Below, one piece after another: positions 57,513 to 64,000 of a stretch of 64,000 bases of DNA (within the stretch, counting starts at the first letter, position 1; every line of letters begins with the position of its first letter). This DNA comes from Octopus vulgaris (lineage: Eukaryota). The DNA lies in contig OX597827.1 of the NCBI GenBank assembly GCA_951406725.2, positions 46,686,001 through 46,750,000 of the forward strand, read 5' to 3'. The notes beneath the pieces are model-generated. The model was not told the origin of the DNA. It did no database searches and worked only from the letters and a program-made list of their open reading frames with translations. The position numbers were made by a program, and so were the translations under genes.

Positions 57513-58252
57513 GAAAAAGCAAGCACTAAGTCCTGGGCAGACCTAAGTACCCTAAATATATCTAAAAGAGAAAATCTTCGGCACATCTCGAGACACGTAT
57601 TTATCGCTGAAGAGGGGAAAATTCTTATGGATTAACCCCGAAATTGGGAACAATACGGTAATAACGGATTTTTTAGAAACTTCTATCGATTTGTTTCGAG
57701 ACGCATAAATAATAATGGTTATTGACAATTTTGTCTTTTTTTCGGCATATTTGGCATTAGAATTTTTCTTATGATCTTATCTTGTAAGTTATTTATACAT
57801 TTAACCTTTAAAGGTACTTTTTGATATGCTGGCCATCGATAAAATTATTTTTTCGAAAAAATTTTTATCCTACATTTGTTATAAATTTAATAGTGTTCAC
57901 TTCCGGATTCTCTCTGAAAGTTTCTAGATCGAATCACACGTGTCTCGAGATGTGCCGAAGATTTTCTATTTTGGATATGTTTAGGGTACTTAGGTTTGCC
58001 CAGGACTTAGTGCTTGCTTTTTCCATGGGTATGAGTAAGTATTCCATTTATATCTTACGTATTTATCGCTGAAGAGGGGAAAATTCTTATTGAATTATCC
58101 CGAAATTGGGACCAATACGGTAATAACGGATTTTTTAGAAATTTCTATCGGTTTGTTTCGAGATGCATAAATTATAATGGTTATTGACAATTTTGTATTT
58201 TTTTCGGCATATTTGGCATTAGAATTTTTCTTTTGCCCTTCTTTTGTAAATT

Positions 58253-58337
<85 letters not shown>

Positions 58338-58897
58338 CATGCATAGGTTCTTACAAATGCACATGTATAAGTATTTGCGTGTACTCGCATGTGCATATAT
58401 ATATTCATATATATGCAATATACACACATGTATACGCGCGTAGAAATATACACAGACACAGGCAAATGTAAATTTATAACTAGTTGCAGTTGGCTACCTT
58501 CTGTTAGTCTGATATTTTAAAGTTTTGGAAGGCAATTTTGATACGGTATCGGCTGTTGGTATGTTGATGTATTCCAGCTTTTCAATAATTCAACAGCTAC
58601 AATCATGCAAAAGCTGGAATAATTCAACATTTAAAATAATTCAACGATTGGAATAATTTTTCAGTTGAAGTAATCTTACAGTCGACCACTTCCGCCAACC
58701 GCTTCATTATTGCTGTTCCGGCGTGATATAGAAATTCGAAGAAACGGGTTCCTACCAAATGCAACTATTTATATAATAGTTATTATATTATTATATAATA
58801 TAATATAATATATATATACACACACACATACATACATACATTCATTCATATATACATATATACATACATACATTCATTCATATATACATATATACAT

Positions 58898-58959
<62 letters not shown>

Positions 58960-59271
58960 GATGTATGCATATTCGCATATAAACATGAGCACAAACACGC
59001 AGACACACACACACATATATGCATCTTTCGTCTTTGTATTTGGTTTGTATGATTATTTATGTGAATTCTTGTGTTGAAGCATATTTTATTGGGTCTGGGG
59101 AGAGTCATTCTCTTTTAGCGCCTTATTACTTAACACACTCACCGGTTCGATTTCCACTCATTTACTTATTTATCTTTTCTAAAATTTTCGTTCCGTCTAG
59201 CAACCTCTTCAATAGCCGTTGACACTTGCATATTCATGTATTACTGTGTTCATGTTTGTGTGTTTGTATGT

Positions 59272-59312
<41 letters not shown>

Positions 59313-59530
59313 TGTTTGTATGTGTGTGAGTATGTACTTCTGTCTCCTTGTGTGTGCATGTTTGAGTCTGTCTATGTGTATGTGTTTGTGTGACTATGTA
59401 CGTGCGTCTGTTATGTTTAGATGTATCTCCATATGTGTCCGTGAAATATGCGTGTGTGTATATGGTCGTGTGTTTCAGTCTTCATTTGTGCATGTGTGTG
59501 TGTATGTGTGTGCGTGTCTGTCCGTATTAC

Positions 59531-59596
<66 letters not shown>

Positions 59597-59632
59597 GTCT
59601 GTCTGTCTCTCTGCGTATGTATCTCTCTCTCC

Positions 59633-59688
<56 letters not shown>

Positions 59689-59789
59689 GTTTACTTATAT
59701 ATCCATTTACCTATATATATAGGGGTATATATATATATATATGGGTATATATATATATATATATATACATGGGTATATATATATATATG

Positions 59790-59846
<57 letters not shown>

Positions 59847-60030
59847 ATAATACAGTGATTGTTTCTTATCAGGAACAAAAAGTTTAATAGGACTGCTATA
59901 GAAGTGCTCAATTGAAAGAGACAAATATATCAAACAAAGGTTATAGAACAAACAAATGCAAGGTTATAATGTTCGAATTATGAAATGTTATGCGGATGAC
60001 TTTGCATTTGTTTGTTCTATAACCTTAGTT

Positions 60031-60115
<85 letters not shown>

Positions 60116-60122
60116 CATATAC

Positions 60123-60167
<45 letters not shown>

Positions 60168-60186
60168 TATACACACACACACACAC

Positions 60187-60265
<79 letters not shown>

Positions 60266-60475
60266 AAGAATGGAGTCGACGATTTTAACAAAATTCCTTT
60301 ACTCTCGACACATGTTTCGAAGGCTGCATATTCCTAATTCCGAAGGAATAAAGGGTGCATTATGCCGCCATGAAAAACATGGCAAATTAAAAAAAAATAA
60401 AAAAAACACGCAAATTTACACACGAGAATATATATATATATATATATATGCGTGTGTGTGTGTGTGTGTGTATGT

Positions 60476-60774
60476 GTGGAGGCGCAATGGCCCAGTGGTT
60501 AGGGCAGCGGACTCGCTGTCGTAGGATCGCGGTTCCGATTCCCAGACCGGGCGTTGTGTGTGTTTATTGAGCGAAAACACCTAAAAGCTCCACGACGCTC
60601 CGGCAGGAGGTGGTGATCCCTGCTGTACTCTTTTACCATTCTTTCTCTCACTGTTTCGTCTGTTGGCCTGCTCGCTTAGCCAGCGGGGTGGCGTCATTCG
60701 AAGGCTAAAACAATGCGAACGCATTGTGACCAGCGATGTGTAGCAACATCTGATGGTCTGGTCGGTCACGTGAT

Positions 60775-60782
<8 letters not shown>
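60476..60782 (+). mobile_element. tRNA-derived SINE, head H1 plus tail T2, ending in (TA)n
   Basis: GGAGGCGCAATGGCCCAGTGGTTAGGGCAGCGGACTCGC..; tail ends CACGTGATCACGTGATATA. Confidence 0.88.
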
Positions 60783-60842
<60 letters not shown>

Positions 60843-61019
60843 ATGTATATATATAAATGTGTGTAAATATATATATATATATATATATATATTTGCAATC
60901 AAACATTGAAACCCCACATACTCGTCTACATAACTGCCTACTAACAACTCTACATGTGTATATATAAACTGTAGGTATTGGGGTATGACGACCTTCTACG
61001 TATATTTCCTATGTTTCAT

Positions 61020-61430
61020 TTATGAGAGCGTACTCCTGCATTTTTCTGAGTGTAGGGTCCTTCGGATGCTTGGATAAAATGTGGATGTGAAGTCAACACA
61101 GACTGCCTCTATGCTGGTTTTTGGCATGTTGGCAGAATGTGGAGAGCTGTGTTTTTCTTGTCATATTATCTCAAATGTCCGCAATACTTCTAGATGTCTT
61201 GCCTATGTATATCATGTTCATGTCTTTACATTTCTAGTTCTACACTTAATGCCAGGTTAATCTTACATACCATGCGGTTATCATTGGTGCATGTGGTATT
61301 CTCAAAGGGGTATTCCTACTTAGTTGTGATCTGATGGAGCTCCCTGGCTTTTCAACGATCTTAATGTTGAATTTGGCCTCCTTCAGAGCTTTCCTATATC
61401 TTCGGGCTAGTTTTTCATGGGTTTTTCATT
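61020..61430 (-). mobile_element. Penelope-like element, GIY-YIG endonuclease fragment
   Basis: Frameshifted translation HEKLARRYRKALKEAKFNIKIVEKPGSSIRSQLSRNTP.., MIYIGKTSRSI, DPTLRKMQEYALI. Confidence 0.65.
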
Positions 61431-61540
61431 ATCAGTTAAAGCGGCCTAAAATAGAAAACAAGGGACGTCACAATGATATCTGAATGGGCATTAATAGTAC
61501 AAGGGGAAAAAATTTAACCAGTTTAGCAAAACATATATTA

Positions 61541-62105
61541 TTGGGTTTTCCGGAAAGTTCGTGCCGATTTATAAAGGAAAGAAAATGGTCAATAAATACT
61601 TGCCATTACATTTTTAATCAACCAAATATGAACCATTTTGTTGCAGAATGTGTCTCCATCTTTCCTTTAACTTGAAAATACCCTCTTCCCAGAATTGAGG
61701 TGGTTTCATGGCAAAGAATTGATCACGGTATCATTTACTTCATCCAAGGAATTGAAATTTTTACCATTAAGACTATTCTGCAGAGACCTGAATAAGTGGA
61801 AATCCGAAGGAACAATATCTGGTGAATATGGAGGGTGGGGTAACGCACCCCAGCCGAGCTGCAGCAATTTTTGTCTGGTTCCCAAAGCATCAAGTGCCGA
61901 AAATGAAGTTTGTTATCTTCCATTTTAAAGGGTTACAGAATTAACACAGGCTATAGGAACATAAACCTTCTTCCACGAAAAGATAGCTTAAACTGTGTTC
62001 TAAATGGAGGTGGGATCAAATCCTGTTTTATGGACTCAACCATGTTCTAAAATAAGTCGAAATATAAGCTACTATAAATCGGCACGAACTTTCCGGACAG
62101 CCCAA
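61541..62105 (-). mobile_element. Internally deleted mariner element
   Basis: TIRs TTGGGTTTTCCGGAAAGTTCGTGCCGATTTATA / TATAAATCGGCACGAACTTTCCGGACAGCCCAA; N-terminus MEDNKLHFRHLMLW joined to LPHPPYSPDIVPSDFHLFRSLQNSL..WEEGIFKLKERW..NGSYLVD*. Confidence 0.92.
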
Positions 62106-62809
62106 TGTATATATTTTGTATAATGAAAAGTAAAATTTTAAAGAATTTTAATCGACCCCCAAAAGACTAAAAGGCAAAGTCTACCTCGGTAGAATTTGAA
62201 CTCAAAACGCAAAGACGGAAAAAATATATATAGTTTGTATACATATATGAGCAAAACACGTCATTTCACTTTACTCCAGTTTACTTAGCTGTAAATGAAT
62301 TACCTTGAAGTAGATTGGAGTCCAGGGGAAATGTGATCTAGGTTACTTATACGCCCTAAAAGTCGGGACAGTACTTTACTATACATATATATATTTGGGA
62401 TTTAAAAGACCACAATGAACAATTTCATTTAGAATGGTTGATTCTCTCAATTTCGATACCATATGACAAAGGCAAGGAATTCTATCTTCTCTGTAATTCT
62501 GAGCTATTTTTCATTATTTTTTCTAAAAATACTCTAGTAAACACGGTTATAGAACGAGCATACAGATGTAAGCATTGGCAAAAACATACATTTAGTGCAT
62601 ATAAGTAGTCTCTATCATTATATATAATTTAAACTTTAATTTCCTTTATATTTAACATTCACTATTGGTATCCCTACTCTTTCTGTTAGCTACTTATGAC
62701 GTTATATCATATAACGTTTTTTTAAACAATATTAATAGCGTTCTGTCTATCGCTATACAAATCCATCATTTTTTGCTAAAATGTCTTATTGACGAGTTTC
62801 GCTTTTTTC

Positions 62810-62895
62810 ACTTTCCTGAGGAGAAGATTGCATTGTTTATACCATTTATTCTTTTGAATAGTATCAGTGGAATTTTCGAAACATGTGTCGAAAGT
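62810..62895 (+). ncRNA. Type-I hammerhead ribozyme motif
   Basis: Stem I ACUUUC/GAAAGU; core CUGAGGA; stem II GAAGAUU.CAUUG/CAGUG.AAUUUUC; GAAA; stem III ACA-UG-UGU; GUC cleavage triplet (cut after 62889). Confidence 0.75.
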
Positions 62896-62936
62896 AAAAA
62901 TATTTGATTACACCTGCGTTAAACTCCATTTATTTA

Positions 62937-62986
<50 letters not shown>

Positions 62987-64000
62987 CTTAGCGGTATTTT
63001 GTCCGTCTTTACGTTTTGAGTTCAGTTTCTACCGAGGTAGACTTTGACTTTTAGTCTTTTGGGCGTCGATAAAATAAGTACCAGTGAAGCACTGGGATCG
63101 ATGTAATCCCGTCACCGATCCTGCTAGCCTAGTACCAAAATTTGAAACCAATATTCATGAAAACATGATTTTTGTGTGCCTTGAGAAGCTTTGAATTCTG
63201 CGCTTTCGCTCAAGAACATATCTACTCCCCCCACTGCAGTCTTCTACATAGTTTCTGCCTACCGAACTTTGCTCAAAAGTCTTAGGTTGACTCGAGATTA
63301 TGATAGAAGATACTTGCCCTATGTGTTATTGCTATGACGTAAGTATACATGTCTGGTGTAAAATGGTATTACACAAACAAATAGTTGGTTGGGTTATCTA
63401 AAAATATCCTATCACAGAAATATATATCAACACAGAATGCACTCCGTACTACTCGAACATAGGTACGATACTCAGCGTCCTCTTTTTATTAGGCACACAG
63501 ACCCGGACACAGAGGGGACGGCACAAGGACAGACAGAATAATACAAGTGGGGACAAAAACATGAAACGGATGAATGAAAATGGATTATAATTAATGAAGG
63601 TGCAATGGCTACACGAACCCCACCCTCGAGCAGTGCCATTTAACTGTTTTTATTTAAGTTTTTATATCTTTTTTTTTCTTTTGTTGTATCATGTGTGTAG
63701 TTTTTCCAAAAATATTAAAAAGCTCATTTACGTTTCACCAGTTTATAAACGGTTTCAAATCGTCATAGTTCACGACTGGAGGTAGGTCATCATATTCCAC
63801 CTCCACTAAAAAGTAGGAATGACGTGGAATTAAACAAGTTCGAGAACAATAACAACATCAACAACGGTGGAAACAACGACGACAGGGTTAAGCGGTTGCT
63901 TGCGTTTGAACATAGTTAAATAAGAGCCAAAGAATGAACTGGAAACAGCAGGAAATCACAACTTCAGATCGCATCTACCACCTTAAAGAAAAAAAGGACA

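Noticed and set aside
56609-57635. (MSG)n / (ECQ)n / (DIP)n ORFs resembling collagen, reflectin or metallothionein
   Set aside because: Translations of a 9-bp satellite that is open in several frames and on both strands, with interspersed stops and no splice context.

Overview
AT-rich, gene-poor eukaryotic DNA dominated by microsatellites ((TA)n, (CA)n, (TAA)n, (CAT)n, (TATC)n, (TATG)n) and short transposon copies. The repeat repertoire resembles an Octopus (cephalopod) genome; this is inferred and not proven. Almost all ORFs in the supplied track are microsatellite artefacts, and no host protein-coding gene could be supported. Features I can support: one tRNA-Gly(TCC); a decayed piggyBac transposase; three different R4/Dong-type RLE retrotransposon 3' segments stacked in one (TAA)n array, one with an uninterrupted ORF of about 550 codons; Tc1/mariner, RTE, CR1-like and Penelope-like fragments; two Helitron-like elements; several MITE/foldback elements; and many tRNA-derived SINEs that mix heads and tails. 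The most interesting signal is a set of minimal type-I hammerhead ribozyme motifs in several unrelated short repeats, one of them (62810-62895) apparently fully intact. Boundaries of decayed repeats are approximate because they were read by eye.
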